DNA of 41,276 nucleotides, from the NCBI GenBank assembly GCA_047631875.1, contig JBLIAZ010000001.1, positions 1 to 41,276 on the forward strand, written 5' to 3'. The notes beneath the pieces are model-generated. The model worked only from the letters and a program-made list of their open reading frames with translations. It searched no databases and was not told where the DNA came from. The DNA comes from Saprospiraceae bacterium. Its GTDB lineage: Bacteria; Bacteroidota; Bacteroidia; Flavobacteriales_C; GCA-002722245. The translations under genes were made by a program, and so were the position numbers. This document shows, one piece after another, positions 1 through 11,459 of the stretch; the stretch's first letter is position 1; each line of letters opens with the position of its first letter.

Positions 1-35
1 GAATTATTTTCTATAGCCATAATTTTGCTGATTAA

Positions 36-62
36 TTGGAGGTACCATATTGGCACCTCCAA
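36..62. terminator. Stem-loop with 12-nt arms (one mismatch) and a 3-nt loop, about 100 nt beyond the oligopeptidase B stop; possible terminator
   Basis: ttggaggtacca-tat-tggcacctccaa read directly. There is no clean T-tract on either side, so the function is uncertain. Confidence 0.3.
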
Positions 63-162
63 TAGCAAGTTCAAATGTAAGAAAATATTTTACTCATTAT
101 TACAAATAACTATTTTATCGCAAAAAGATAATATTGTTGAGTTTTATTATGTTGAGCGCAAA

Positions 163-2193
163 TTATCCTCTCAATAAAAAAGCAAAATCAAAAGCAACCT
201 CCCTATAATACTCATACCTCCCAGAAGCACCGCCATGTCCAACCTCCATGTTAGTTTTTAGTAACAACAAATTATCATCTGTTTTTAAATCACGCAACTT
301 AGCAACCCATTTTGCGGGTTCAAAATATTGTACTTGAGAATCATGCAGTCCTGTAGTTACTAATAACGAAGGATAGTCTTTAGCCTCCACATTATCATAA
401 GGGCTGTAACTCAACATGTACTCATAGTACTTCTTTTCGTTTGGATTCCCCCATTCATCATACTCACCAGTAGTAAGTGGAATAGTATCATCCAACATGG
501 TCGTCACTACATCCACAAAAGGAACGGCTGCAATCAATGACTTCCATAATTCAGGACGTAAATTCATGACCGCTCCAATCAATAATCCTCCCGCGCTACC
601 ACCTGAACCGTGCAGCTTATCTTTGGCGCAGTATTTTTGCTTCACTAAGTGTTCTCCACAAGAGATAAAATCGGTAAAAGTGTTCATTTTATTGAGCATT
701 TTTCCTTCCTCGTACCAATATCTTCCCATATCTTCCCCTCCTCTGATGTGCGCTATGGCAAACACAAAGCCCCTGTCCAATAAACTTAAACGTGCGGGGC
801 TAAAACTCGGATCAATAACATGACCGTAGGAACCATATCCGTACAGTAATAAGGGTGATTGTCCTTCTACAAATGACTCTTTTTTGTAAACTAATGAAAT
901 TGGAATTTTGGTGCCCTCAGCAGCCGTGGCGTTTATCCTTTCTGTAGCATATTTTGATTCATCGTATCCTCCAATGATTTTTTGCTGCTTTTTAACTTCC
1001 TGAGTTTTTCCCTCGAAATGGTAGTCAAAAATGGTTGACGGAGTCACTAAGCTTGTGTAACCATAGCGAAACAATGGCGTGTCAAATTCCATGTTCACCG
1101 AACCATAAGCCATGTAGGAAGCTGCATCCATTTTAATGTAATGCTCCTCACCATTTTTACTAATGACTTTGAACTGCGATAGTCCTGCGCGCCTTTCCTC
1201 CAAGACCATGAATGCTTTAAAAATTTCAATACCTTCCAACAAAGTATCCTCTCGATGACCAACACTTTCACCCCAATTCTCTTTGCTTGTTTTGTCCAAA
1301 TCACAAGTCAACAAACGGAAATTTTTTGCTTCCCAATTGGACACAATGTAAAATTTATCCTCAAAGTGATCCACACTGTATTCATGGTCATCTTCCCGTT
1401 TTTGAAACATGGAAAAATCCGACAGTGAATCATTCGCATCAATGAAATTATATTCTGTTGAGGTAGAACTGTATGAACCTATGAATATAAATTGCTTGGA
1501 TTTACATTTATAAACCGAGGAAATAAACGCCTCCTGCTTTTCGTGAAATACCATGATGTCTTCTTTACTTGATGTGCCCAATTCGTGTCTGAACACTTTA
1601 TTAGACCGCAAAGTGGTTTCATCTTTTTGCACATAAAACAAGTACTTCCCATCGTTTGACCAAGTAAAACCTCCTGAAGAATTTGAGATTTCGTCGTTCA
1701 ACAACTCCCCGGTGTTCATGTTTTTAAAGCAAATCGTGTACAATCGCCTAGAAACAAAATCTACCGAGTATGCTATAATTTCACTCACCGGATTTACAGA
1801 AAGTTTAGCCACGTTACAATAATCCTTTCCTGTTGCAAGGACATTGTTGTTCAACAAAAGCTCCTCGTCATTATCCAATGATCCTTTTTTTCTGCAGAAT
1901 AATGGATACTCTTTGCCTTCTTCAAAACGATTGTAGTAATAGTATCCGTCCAATAAATAAGGAACAGACTCTTCTGTTTTGTCAAGCCGTCCAACAATTT
2001 CATTGTAAAGCTCTTCTTGCAGCCCCTCCGTGCCTTTCATACAATGTTCACTGTATGAATTTTCACGATTCAAGTAATCAATCACTTCAGGATTTTCCCT
2101 TTCATTCAACCAGTAATATGGGTCAATTCGAGTGTGTTCGTGAACATTTAACTCTTTATATCTTTTATTGCATCCGGGTACTTTCATCGTCAA
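163..2193 (-). CDS. ptrB: Oligopeptidase B / protease II (S9A prolyl oligopeptidase family)
   Basis: 676-aa ORF. The N-terminus HEHTRIDPYYWLNERENPEVIDYLNRENSY is typical of protease II. It has a beta-propeller-length middle region, the catalytic Ser motif GGSAGGLL and a C-terminal GHGG. Confidence 0.85.
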   Translation of the reverse strand: MTMKVPGCNKRYKELNVHEHTRIDPYYWLNERENPEVIDYLNRENSYSEHCMKGTEGLQEELYNEIVGRLDKTEESVPYLLDGYYYYNRFEEGKEYPLFCRKKGSLDNDEELLLNNNVLATGKDYCNVAKLSVNPVSEIIAYSVDFVSRRLYTICFKNMNTGELLNDEISNSSGGFTWSNDGKYLFYVQKDETTLRSNKVFRHELGTSSKEDIMVFHEKQEAFISSVYKCKSKQFIFIGSYSSTSTEYNFIDANDSLSDFSMFQKREDDHEYSVDHFEDKFYIVSNWEAKNFRLLTCDLDKTSKENWGESVGHREDTLLEGIEIFKAFMVLEERRAGLSQFKVISKNGEEHYIKMDAASYMAYGSVNMEFDTPLFRYGYTSLVTPSTIFDYHFEGKTQEVKKQQKIIGGYDESKYATERINATAAEGTKIPISLVYKKESFVEGQSPLLLYGYGSYGHVIDPSFSPARLSLLDRGFVFAIAHIRGGEDMGRYWYEEGKMLNKMNTFTDFISCGEHLVKQKYCAKDKLHGSGGSAGGLLIGAVMNLRPELWKSLIAAVPFVDVVTTMLDDTIPLTTGEYDEWGNPNEKKYYEYMLSYSPYDNVEAKDYPSLLVTTGLHDSQVQYFEPAKWVAKLRDLKTDDNLLLLKTNMEVGHGGASGRYEYYREVAFDFAFLLRG

Positions 2194-2352
2194 ATTTCTT
2201 TCTCTTAGAAGTGCAATTTATTAACAATTTACAATACCTGAGCCCTTGGCTGTAGGGAGTAACAAACAAAATTAGAAACTTATTAACATTGCTCGATTTT
2301 TTATTTACGGAACACATTGTATCTTGTTCCCGCAAGTAGGACCAATTAAGCA

Positions 2353-2580
2353 TTGATTATTAACTTATTGTTGATTATGAATACGATTTACACCAAAGAA
2401 GAACTTGACTCTGAGCTAAAGTCTTTAAAGGCGAAGCGACTTACTGTACATAATAAAAGGAAGGACTTGTTGCAAAAATACAGCGCAAAACAAACGAAAA
2501 CACTAAACTCCGCAAGTGCCATGCACGACCTTGACAGGAAAATAGAAGACTTGGAGAGGAAGCTTGAAATATTATTTTAG
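2353..2580 (+). CDS. Small hypothetical coiled-coil protein (more likely ATG start at 2377, 67 aa)
   Basis: ORF only. It is charged and heptad-like (KIEDLERKLEILF) with no recognisable family. Confidence 0.3.
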   Translation: MIINLLLIMNTIYTKEELDSELKSLKAKRLTVHNKRKDLLQKYSAKQTKTLNSASAMHDLDRKIEDLERKLEILF

Positions 2581-2641
2581 CTCGCCTTTAACTCAAACAA
2601 AAGCAAAAAAGAAGACCAAGTGAATCCTGCAAAATTCACCT

Positions 2642-3289
2642 TTAATCGTACTTCTTTATTAATCCAAAATCAAAAGGCGTCCAGTAGCAAGCTTTCAGTT
2701 CGCTTTCTTTGAACGCTATATTAACCCAAGAATTACAAGTTTTAAAGCAAGAATAACTTCCATTTGCTTTGTAAAAATTATCATTGTAGGAGTACCCAGC
2801 CTCAGGTATGTACATCTTTTGATTATCCTCAGACAGCTTAAAGGAATTAAGAATATAATTGTTCAATTTATTCAGTTGAAACTCATTAAGCTCCACCTTA
2901 GTCCAGTCGTCTTTCACTTCCTTGTACCTGGTCAAATGCATCAGTGTTGAGCTATTCAAAAACATGGCTTTAAAAGCATTCTGAAAAGTTAATTCGCCCC
3001 ACGTTGGGGTATTTAAGTAAAAGTTTTCATCACCCCAACCAAAGGAAATATAGTCTTCACCTTCCTTGTACCTTATCCCCGATAGCAAGCTGGAATTAAT
3101 GTCTTCTCGGGGGATTACCACATCCAAATGAACTCCATTTGTATTTAGATAAACGACCTTGTTAGCAATAGAATAACCCTCCTTGTCATTTACAGTAACA
3201 TACATCATCAAGTATGCACAACTAAAATACGCGATTGGAAAAGCTAATACGACAGCAACTCCTATAAATACTTTCTTAAGAATTTTCAT
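2642..3289 (-). CDS. DUF2459/TIGR02117-like membrane-anchored conserved hypothetical protein
   Basis: 215 aa with an N-terminal TM helix. Motifs NGVHLDVVIP, FGWGDENFY and CFKTCNSWVN match what I recall of the DUF2459 family. Confidence 0.55.
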   Translation of the reverse strand: MKILKKVFIGVAVVLAFPIAYFSCAYLMMYVTVNDKEGYSIANKVVYLNTNGVHLDVVIPREDINSSLLSGIRYKEGEDYISFGWGDENFYLNTPTWGELTFQNAFKAMFLNSSTLMHLTRYKEVKDDWTKVELNEFQLNKLNNYILNSFKLSEDNQKMYIPEAGYSYNDNFYKANGSYSCFKTCNSWVNIAFKESELKACYWTPFDFGLIKKYD

Positions 3290-3353
3290 TTAATGTAATG
3301 ATCTCAGCATAAAAGGTCTATTTTTAAACATAAGGTAGTTATTTTTAAGGCGT

Positions 3354-6146
3354 ATGACCAAACACTTTCTTTTTATTGTTTCCGTTTTTGTGCTGTCTTT
3401 GAAGTCCACAGCCTCAGCTCCTGACATCATCAACTTCACAACCAAAGAGTATAAAAGCCATTCTATAAATTACTGCTTCACCCAGGACAGTAGCGGTGTC
3501 ATGTACATCGGTAATGCTTACGGTTTGCTGGAATACGATGGTCAAACTTGGCGGAAAATTGGCCTTTCGGATGGGAAAAGTGCCTTGTCATTGGACATTG
3601 ATAAAAATGGGAGAATATACATTGGCTCCTCCTCGGAATTTGGTTATTTAAAAAAAAATGCATCGGGATTAAATGAATATGTTTCCTTAAAATCAAAGCT
3701 TCCAAAACAAGACATCAACGAAATCCTTGATTTAATTTGCGTTGATGACCAAGTGTATTTCAGAAGTTTATATACTGTTTATTGTTATAAAAACAACGAA
3801 GTCATTGAGCTCACCGAACATAGTAAAGATCAGTTAATTTATTACTTAGGGATTTATCAAGAAAAAATAAGAGCCTCAAAACAGGGGGTCGGAATTTTAA
3901 CCTTTCCCTTGTCAAAACACAGCATAAGCAATAAAGGCATTAAGGACGTTGAGATCCGAGATGTCCTTTCATTCGGAAGAAGTCAAACCTTGTTACTTAC
4001 AAGCAATCAAATTATCAGCGAAAACAATTCTTCTCGATTTGAAGAAGCGAACAAGAAATTAAAAAATGTAGAAATTTCCTGTGCTTTAACACTTAACGAA
4101 CATGAATTTTTAATTGGCACTGTCAACAAAGGCCTTTTTCATTTAAACACCGAAGGCGAAATAATTAGCAATTTTAACATGAACACAGGTTTACAGGACA
4201 ATTTTATCCACGACTTGTTTTTAGACAACTCGGGAAATATTTGGTTAGCGTACAATAATGGCGTGGGACTGTTAAAATGGAAATCACCAGTCAGGTACAT
4301 TCCTCCATCAATGGGCATTGAAGGAATGGGGTATTGTGCGCTGGTAAAAGGAGACACGTTATTTGCAGGCACTTCCAATGGTTTATATTACTTACCCAAC
4401 TGGGAAATCAGTCTTAAAAAACAGCAAAAATTTACACCTATAACTGGCATCAATGGCATCATCAATGACCTTAAATTACACAAAGGAAAACTGATTGCAT
4501 GTCAAGCAGCTGAGGTTTATCAAATTGAAGCTGGGTCCGCGGTTAGGATTTCAAACGGGTCTTGGTTTGGGTCTTGGACTTGGAAAAAACACCATCAAAA
4601 TGAAAACAAAGCTTACGTTGGAACATACGTTGGTATTTCTAATTACGAATGGAAAAACAAAACTTGGAAATTTACAAACCACGTAAAAGGTTTTAGTGAG
4701 TCTTCAAGAATGTTCGAGGTAGACAAACGAGGAGTTTTTTGGATTGTTCAGGGAAACAAAGGATTGTACAGGTTAATGCTAAACCAAAGTAGGGACAGCG
4801 CCGTATCAGTAGTGAATTATACTGACATCATGAATGTCAGTTCTCAAGATCATTTTAATGATATTTTTAGTTACCATGATTCGATTTTTGTATCAAGTTA
4901 CGGACATACTTATTACATTAAAGAAGACTCTTTGGTTCCATTAGCAAGTTTTGAAAATCTGGGAGCAAAATCTCACAGGATAAGAAAACACAAACAAGAC
5001 GGACTCTATGCAATATATGACGACCAAGCTCACATCTTGAACAATTCTACAGGTGTTTGGGAAGTTCAAAACTCACCTGTTTCATTTTTGAAATCGTACT
5101 TGGTAGGAAGCGCAGAATTCTTTTATGAAGTTTCTGAAAACACTTATTTCATTGGCACACAAGATGGATTTGCCACGTATACCCCTAAAAATATTGGGAC
5201 AACTTCTGAAACACCTTGCTTAATCAGAGGGATTGAATTACTTAATCCACATGGAGATTCTTTGATTTTTAACAGCAAACCTGTTGGAATCCAAGAGTTT
5301 TTATACGAAAATAACAACATCAGGATTTCGTACACTATTCCCTTATATGGCAACAATAAACAAATTTCTTACGAAACAAGGTTGTTTAAAAATGGAAAAG
5401 CCATGCACCAGTGGCAGCAAGTCCAGGAAGTAAACTTCAAGGAATATACTAACTTAAAAGAAGCGACTTACACTTTCAAAGTACGGGCAAAAAAAGGTGA
5501 TGAAGTGGCTGGAAGCACTGCGTTCAAGTTTATAATTTCACCTCCTTGGTACAGGACAACTTTCATGAATTTAATTTATTTCTTGTTATTTGTTGCAGGA
5601 ATATATTTGGTCATCAACTTGTTTCAAAAACAAAAAAAGAAACTTGAACTGGAAAATAAAAAAGAAATAGAAATCAAGGAAAAATTGCACAAAGCTGAAA
5701 CAATTGCCTTGGAGTTAAAAAGCAAAGAAAATGAGTTGGCATACCTCGCCTTAACCTTTACACAAAAAAAGGATTTGTTGTCAAGCCTTACTTCACAACT
5801 TGATAAAATTTCAAAGGAACTTTCCCACTCCGATCAAATTAAATTCAGGTCAGTAAAAACTGCCATTTCTAACAACCTTGACAACGAGAGTAACTGGGAA
5901 AATTTTCAAGTGCATTTTGATGAAAAAAACGACAACTTTTTTCAGAAAATTAAGCAAAAGGAAAAACGGATGAACGAATCCTATTTGCTTTTTTGCTCGT
6001 ACGTTCGAATGGGAAAATCCAACAAAGAAATTGCAGAACTCCTAAACATTTCTGTTGCTGCCGTTGAAAAACGTAAGTACCGTTTAAAGAAAAAATGGGA
6101 CTTACCAGACGACACTAGTTTCACAGAATACTTGAGGAATTTGTAA
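3354..6146 (+). CDS. Transmembrane one-component regulator: signal peptide, two-component-regulator beta-propeller repeats, Y_Y_Y domain, TM helix, coiled coil and C-terminal LuxR-type HTH
   Basis: 930 aa. It has an N-terminal signal sequence, propeller-like repeats (NGRIYIGS, GNIWLAYNNG) and a Y_Y_Y-like block (YTFKVRAKKGDEVAG). A TM helix (LIYFLLFVAGIYLVINLF) follows, then a LuxR HTH (KSNKEIAELLNISVAAVEKRKYRLKKKW). No kinase or receiver domain. Confidence 0.8.
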   Translation: MTKHFLFIVSVFVLSLKSTASAPDIINFTTKEYKSHSINYCFTQDSSGVMYIGNAYGLLEYDGQTWRKIGLSDGKSALSLDIDKNGRIYIGSSSEFGYLKKNASGLNEYVSLKSKLPKQDINEILDLICVDDQVYFRSLYTVYCYKNNEVIELTEHSKDQLIYYLGIYQEKIRASKQGVGILTFPLSKHSISNKGIKDVEIRDVLSFGRSQTLLLTSNQIISENNSSRFEEANKKLKNVEISCALTLNEHEFLIGTVNKGLFHLNTEGEIISNFNMNTGLQDNFIHDLFLDNSGNIWLAYNNGVGLLKWKSPVRYIPPSMGIEGMGYCALVKGDTLFAGTSNGLYYLPNWEISLKKQQKFTPITGINGIINDLKLHKGKLIACQAAEVYQIEAGSAVRISNGSWFGSWTWKKHHQNENKAYVGTYVGISNYEWKNKTWKFTNHVKGFSESSRMFEVDKRGVFWIVQGNKGLYRLMLNQSRDSAVSVVNYTDIMNVSSQDHFNDIFSYHDSIFVSSYGHTYYIKEDSLVPLASFENLGAKSHRIRKHKQDGLYAIYDDQAHILNNSTGVWEVQNSPVSFLKSYLVGSAEFFYEVSENTYFIGTQDGFATYTPKNIGTTSETPCLIRGIELLNPHGDSLIFNSKPVGIQEFLYENNNIRISYTIPLYGNNKQISYETRLFKNGKAMHQWQQVQEVNFKEYTNLKEATYTFKVRAKKGDEVAGSTAFKFIISPPWYRTTFMNLIYFLLFVAGIYLVINLFQKQKKKLELENKKEIEIKEKLHKAETIALELKSKENELAYLALTFTQKKDLLSSLTSQLDKISKELSHSDQIKFRSVKTAISNNLDNESNWENFQVHFDEKNDNFFQKIKQKEKRMNESYLLFCSYVRMGKSNKEIAELLNISVAAVEKRKYRLKKKWDLPDDTSFTEYLRNL

Positions 6147-6152
6147 TTCTTG

Positions 6153-6169
6153 ACAGGTTAATAACCTGT
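6153..6169 (+). terminator. Short perfect hairpin just after the regulator stop codon (weak terminator candidate)
   Basis: acaggtt-aat-aacctgt. No T-tract follows. Confidence 0.25.
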
Positions 6170-6195
6170 TAACATCTACTTCTCTAAATTTTCCC

Positions 6196-6222
6196 TTGAT
6201 AGTCTTTTATGACTTATCTTTG
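6196..6222 (+). promoter_or_regulatory. Candidate Bacteroidota-type promoter for the thi operon (TTG ... TATCTTTG)
   Basis: TATCTTTG at 6215..6222 matches the TAnnTTTG -7 consensus. TTG at 6196..6198 lies 16 nt upstream. The site sits immediately 5' of the riboswitch. Confidence 0.35.
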
Positions 6223-6230
6223 TTGGGTAA

Positions 6231-6322
6231 TCTTTAGGAGTGGTTAGTAGCTTTTCACAAAGTCAAAACCTGAGAAATATCCTTTGAACCTGAATTGGTT
6301 AGTACCAACGTAGGAAAAAGAA
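6231..6322 (+). promoter_or_regulatory. TPP (THI-box) riboswitch
   Basis: ggagtgg...cctgagaaatatcctttgaacctgaattggttagtaccaacgtaggaaa matches the conserved TPP aptamer core (CUGAGA; ACCUGAUcUGGuUAaUACCAgCGUAGGgAA). It lies directly upstream of thiS-thiC. Confidence 0.85.
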
Positions 6323-6393
6323 GAGTCCAATTTCGGGCTGATATTTTCAACCCCTTTAGCATTACTTGTACTTAAAACTATTGAACAAGGCGT

Positions 6394-6597
6394 ATGCTTT
6401 CAATTAAACTAAATGGTAATGATCAGGAAATGCAGGATGACATCTCCTTGCTCAAAGCTGTTGAATCTTTAAACATTCCACAAAATGGAATTGCGATTGC
6501 TGTAAATCAACAAATTATTACCAAAAGCAATTGGGAGAATACCTCCTTGAATAACAACGATGAAATTCTAATTATAAAAGCCACACAAGGCGGATAA
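6394..6597 (+). CDS. thiS: Sulfur carrier protein ThiS
   Basis: 67 aa with a ubiquitin-like length and a C-terminal ...ATQGG diglycine. It is the first gene after the TPP riboswitch. Confidence 0.8.
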   Translation: MLSIKLNGNDQEMQDDISLLKAVESLNIPQNGIAIAVNQQIITKSNWENTSLNNNDEILIIKATQGG

Positions 6598-6606
6598 TAA
6601 CTTTAA

Positions 6607-8475
<1,869 letters not shown>

Positions 8476-8483
8476 TTCAAGTA

Positions 8484-9098
8484 ATGAAATTAGTAGTACT
8501 TACTTCTGAAAAGGAAATTAAACACGAAGCAACAGTTCTAAACGAACTGTTTGCTCACGGCTTGATGACCCTTCATTTAAGAAAACCTTTATTTCAAATT
8601 GAAGAATATAGGGGGCTACTAGATGGCATTGAACCAAATTATTACGACCGAATAGTCATCCATTATTATCACGAGTTATGCGGCGAATATGGTTTGAAAG
8701 GGGTGCACTTACAAGAAAAACCTCGACAAAGTTTGGGAGCAAAACTTGTCAGTTACGTTAATGGATACCAAAGTAGCAGCTACATCATAAGTAGCTCCTT
8801 TCATAGCTCTGAAGAAATTGTGGAATGCTCAGCTGAATTTGATTACGTGTTATTAAGCCCTGTCTTTGATTCCATTTCCAAAAAAGGATACCCCGGACAA
8901 GGATTTAACGTACGCCATGTGAAAACACTTGTTGTTGGCATGGGAGGAGTAAACGAAAAAACAGCTCAAAAAACTTTCAATTTAGGTTATCGTGGCGCAG
9001 GAGTACTTGGAGGAATTTGGAATTCAGATAATCATTTGGAAAGCTTTTTAGCCATTCAAAAAGCATGTAAAAACATAGTCAAATTGACTGTTCAATGA
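8484..9098 (+). CDS. ThiE-fold paralogue (thiamine-phosphate synthase-like, possibly TenI-type)
   Basis: 204 aa with TIM-barrel ThiE/TenI-like blocks (LHLRKP, GVHLQEK, SSSFHS, LLSPVFDSISKKGY). It is shorter and more divergent than the second ThiE at 9880. Confidence 0.65.
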   Translation: MKLVVLTSEKEIKHEATVLNELFAHGLMTLHLRKPLFQIEEYRGLLDGIEPNYYDRIVIHYYHELCGEYGLKGVHLQEKPRQSLGAKLVSYVNGYQSSSYIISSSFHSSEEIVECSAEFDYVLLSPVFDSISKKGYPGQGFNVRHVKTLVVGMGGVNEKTAQKTFNLGYRGAGVLGGIWNSDNHLESFLAIQKACKNIVKLTVQ

Positions 9099-9871
9099 AA
9101 AGCACACAACGACATACACCCATTAATCGACCTTTTGTATTAAGCATTGCAGGTTTGGACCCATGTTCGGGTGCTGGACTCACAGCTGACATCAAAACCA
9201 TGGAACGGTTAAAATGTTACGGCTTGACAGTATGTAGTGGCAACACGGTACAAAATGACAAGGAATTATCAGAGGTGCATTGGACCCCTTTAAAGGTCAT
9301 GAAGTCTCAAATTGATTTGCTTTTTGAACGTTTTGAAATTGATTTTGTAAAAGTGGGAATCATTGAAAATTGGTCGGTTTTGAATAAAGTAATCGATTAC
9401 TTATTACTCAAAAGCGCATCAATAAAAATCATTGTGGATCCGGTAATGAGTGCCTCGTCCTCTTTCAAATTTCATGCTACTGACCACAGTGAGTTCACAG
9501 CAATGTTAAAAAAGATTCACCTGCTCACTCCAAACTATTTAGAATTCAAAAAATTAACCAACGGCAATAACGAACAAGAACGGATTTCAACCATCACCAC
9601 ACATTGTAATTTACTACTCAAGGGAGGACACAGGGAAAGCGACAACAAAAAAGGTCGAGATGAACTGTATTTGACCAATGGGAAAACCTTTGTTTTCAAC
9701 TCTAAACGCTCGCTTGTTTTTGAAAAACACGGGAGCGGATGTATTCTTTCTTCAGCAATAACCTCCTATTTAGCATTAGGAACACCACTTAACAAAGCTT
9801 GTTACAAAGCAAAAAAATATACAGAAAATACCTTGAGTTCTAACAAAACTTTATTGGCATATCACTTTTAA
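9095..9871 (+). CDS. thiD: Hydroxymethylpyrimidine/phosphomethylpyrimidine kinase ThiD
   Basis: 258 aa with VLSIAGLDPCSGAGLTADIKT and a GSGC anion-hole-like motif near the C-terminus. The start overlaps the preceding stop (ATGA). Confidence 0.85.
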   Translation: MKSTQRHTPINRPFVLSIAGLDPCSGAGLTADIKTMERLKCYGLTVCSGNTVQNDKELSEVHWTPLKVMKSQIDLLFERFEIDFVKVGIIENWSVLNKVIDYLLLKSASIKIIVDPVMSASSSFKFHATDHSEFTAMLKKIHLLTPNYLEFKKLTNGNNEQERISTITTHCNLLLKGGHRESDNKKGRDELYLTNGKTFVFNSKRSLVFEKHGSGCILSSAITSYLALGTPLNKACYKAKKYTENTLSSNKTLLAYHF

Positions 9872-9879
9872 TTTGTTCT

Positions 9880-10572
9880 ATGTATAAGAAAATCATTCTT
9901 CCAAAAACGTATTACATTTCCCAGGGGAATGAAAGTGAGGATCACCTTACCAACATTAAAAACGTGTGTGAAGCAGGTTGTAAACTGGTTCAATTGCGCT
10001 TAAAAAATGTGGAAGAAGGTGAATACATTCAAATTGCTCGTGCTGCACTAGAAATTTGTGAAACATACGATGCATTGTTGATCATAAATGACAAAGTAAG
10101 GGTTGTTTTGCAAAGCGGCGCACATGGAGTACACCTAGGAAAAGAAGACATCGACCCAATAGAAGCTAGAGAAGTTTTACCTGAGGGCACCATCATTGGA
10201 GGAACTGCAAACACTTTAGAAGATTGCAAGAAATTAATTGCTCAAAATGTGGATTACATAGGTTTAGGCCCTTTCCGGTTTACTGATACGAAATCCAACT
10301 TAAGTCCTGTCATTTCTTTGAATGACTATGCTCAAATTTGCGCCTATGTTCAAACAGACAGCCCAAACACCCCCGTGTTTGCTATCGGTGGAATTGTCAA
10401 GGAAGACGTTGCTTACATATTCGAAGAAGGAGCACATGGAATTGCCATGTCGGGCGCTTTGTCTACTGGGAATTTGGTAGAGCTAAGCCAAACGATAGCC
10501 TACTGCGAAAACTTAGATGCGACAGAAAACGCCATCCAAACAAACGAGGACAAAGGACGAACCGCCGAGTGA
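9880..10572 (+). CDS. thiE: Thiamine-phosphate synthase ThiE
   Basis: 230 aa with VQLRLKN, LIINDKVRV, GVHLGKED, IGGTANT and GLGPFRFT. It carries a short acidic C-terminal tail. Confidence 0.85.
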   Translation: MYKKIILPKTYYISQGNESEDHLTNIKNVCEAGCKLVQLRLKNVEEGEYIQIARAALEICETYDALLIINDKVRVVLQSGAHGVHLGKEDIDPIEAREVLPEGTIIGGTANTLEDCKKLIAQNVDYIGLGPFRFTDTKSNLSPVISLNDYAQICAYVQTDSPNTPVFAIGGIVKEDVAYIFEEGAHGIAMSGALSTGNLVELSQTIAYCENLDATENAIQTNEDKGRTAE

Positions 10573-10660
10573 AACGAACAACTGAACACAACTGAAAATA
10601 TACACTAGTAAAGAAGTGAACTCCTTTAAAAGGAAAAAAAGCGTAAACAAACAATTAATT

Positions 10661-11446
10661 ATGTCTGTAACAATAGAAAACGATCAATTAATCATAGCCG
10701 ATAAGTCATTCAGCTCCAGGCTGTTCACTGGCACTGGAAAATTCAGCGATTCATCCGTGATGCGAGAAGCCCTACTTGCAAGTGACAGCGAATTAATTAC
10801 AGTTGCTTTAAAAAGGGTTGACGTGCATGACGAACAAGATGATTTGTTAGCCCATTTATCACATCAACACATTAATTTATTGCCGAACACTTCTGGTGTT
10901 CGTACTGCTAAAGAAGCCGTTTTTGCCGCTGAACTTTCACGCGAAGCACTGGAAACAAACTGGATAAAATTAGAAATCCATCCTGACCCAAAATACTTAT
11001 TGCCTGACCCTATTGAAACTTTAGCGGCAACTGAACAATTGGTAAAAAAAGGATTTGTGGTGATGCCCTACATTCATGCCGACCCTGTATTGTGCAAACG
11101 ACTTGAGGATGTAGGAGTGCAGTGCGTTATGCCATTAGGCGCTCCAATTGGAAGTAACAAAGGATTAAAAACACAAGAGTTTTTAGAAATTATCATTGCA
11201 CACAGCAACGTACCTGTCATTGTAGACGCGGGCATAGGGTCACCATCCCACGCGGCTTTCGCTATGGAATTGGGTGCTGATGCTGTACTGGTTAACACTG
11301 CTATTGCAGTATCAAAAAACCCGATAGAAATGGCCATAGCATTTAAACTTGCTGTACAAGCAGGAAGAATGGCCTACACCGCAAAACTTGCCCCAGTAAA
11401 ACAACATGCCGAGGCAAGCAGCCCTTTGACTAGTTTTTTAAGTTAA
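10661..11446 (+). CDS. thiG: Thiazole synthase ThiG
   Basis: The ORF track starts at GTG 10616, but ATG 10661 ([28 protein letters not shown]) gives the canonical ThiG N-terminus. Conserved blocks: [32 protein letters not shown]. Confidence 0.9.
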   Translation: MSVTIENDQLIIADKSFSSRLFTGTGKFSDSSVMREALLASDSELITVALKRVDVHDEQDDLLAHLSHQHINLLPNTSGVRTAKEAVFAAELSREALETNWIKLEIHPDPKYLLPDPIETLAATEQLVKKGFVVMPYIHADPVLCKRLEDVGVQCVMPLGAPIGSNKGLKTQEFLEIIIAHSNVPVIVDAGIGSPSHAAFAMELGADAVLVNTAIAVSKNPIEMAIAFKLAVQAGRMAYTAKLAPVKQHAEASSPLTSFLS

Positions 11447-11459
11447 GTATAACAAGCAC

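Noticed and set aside
1-20. Reverse complement of 1..20 reads ATGGCTATAGAAAATAATTC, possibly the start of a minus-strand gene running off the window
   Set aside because: Only 6-7 codons are visible, which is too little to support a feature.
497-2255. Plus-strand ORFs 497..823 and 1833..2255, and minus-strand ORFs 1095..1304 and 2165..2353, within or overlapping the ptrB region
   Set aside because: These are shadow or out-of-frame ORFs within, or overlapping the start of, a well-supported 676-aa CDS. They have low-complexity, atypical composition and no motifs.
6323-6393. Possible expression-platform terminator of the TPP riboswitch (gggctgatattttcaacccc)
   Set aside because: The stem is only 3-4 bp with no T-tract. 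The platform may act on translation instead and cannot be defined by eye.
10338-10654. ORFs 10338..10595 (+) and 10463..10654 (-) at the thiE/thiG junction, plus the 15-codon N-terminal extension of thiG from GTG 10616
   Set aside because: They are Arg-rich, out-of-frame translations of the thiE 3' end. The canonical ThiG N-terminus begins at ATG 10661.
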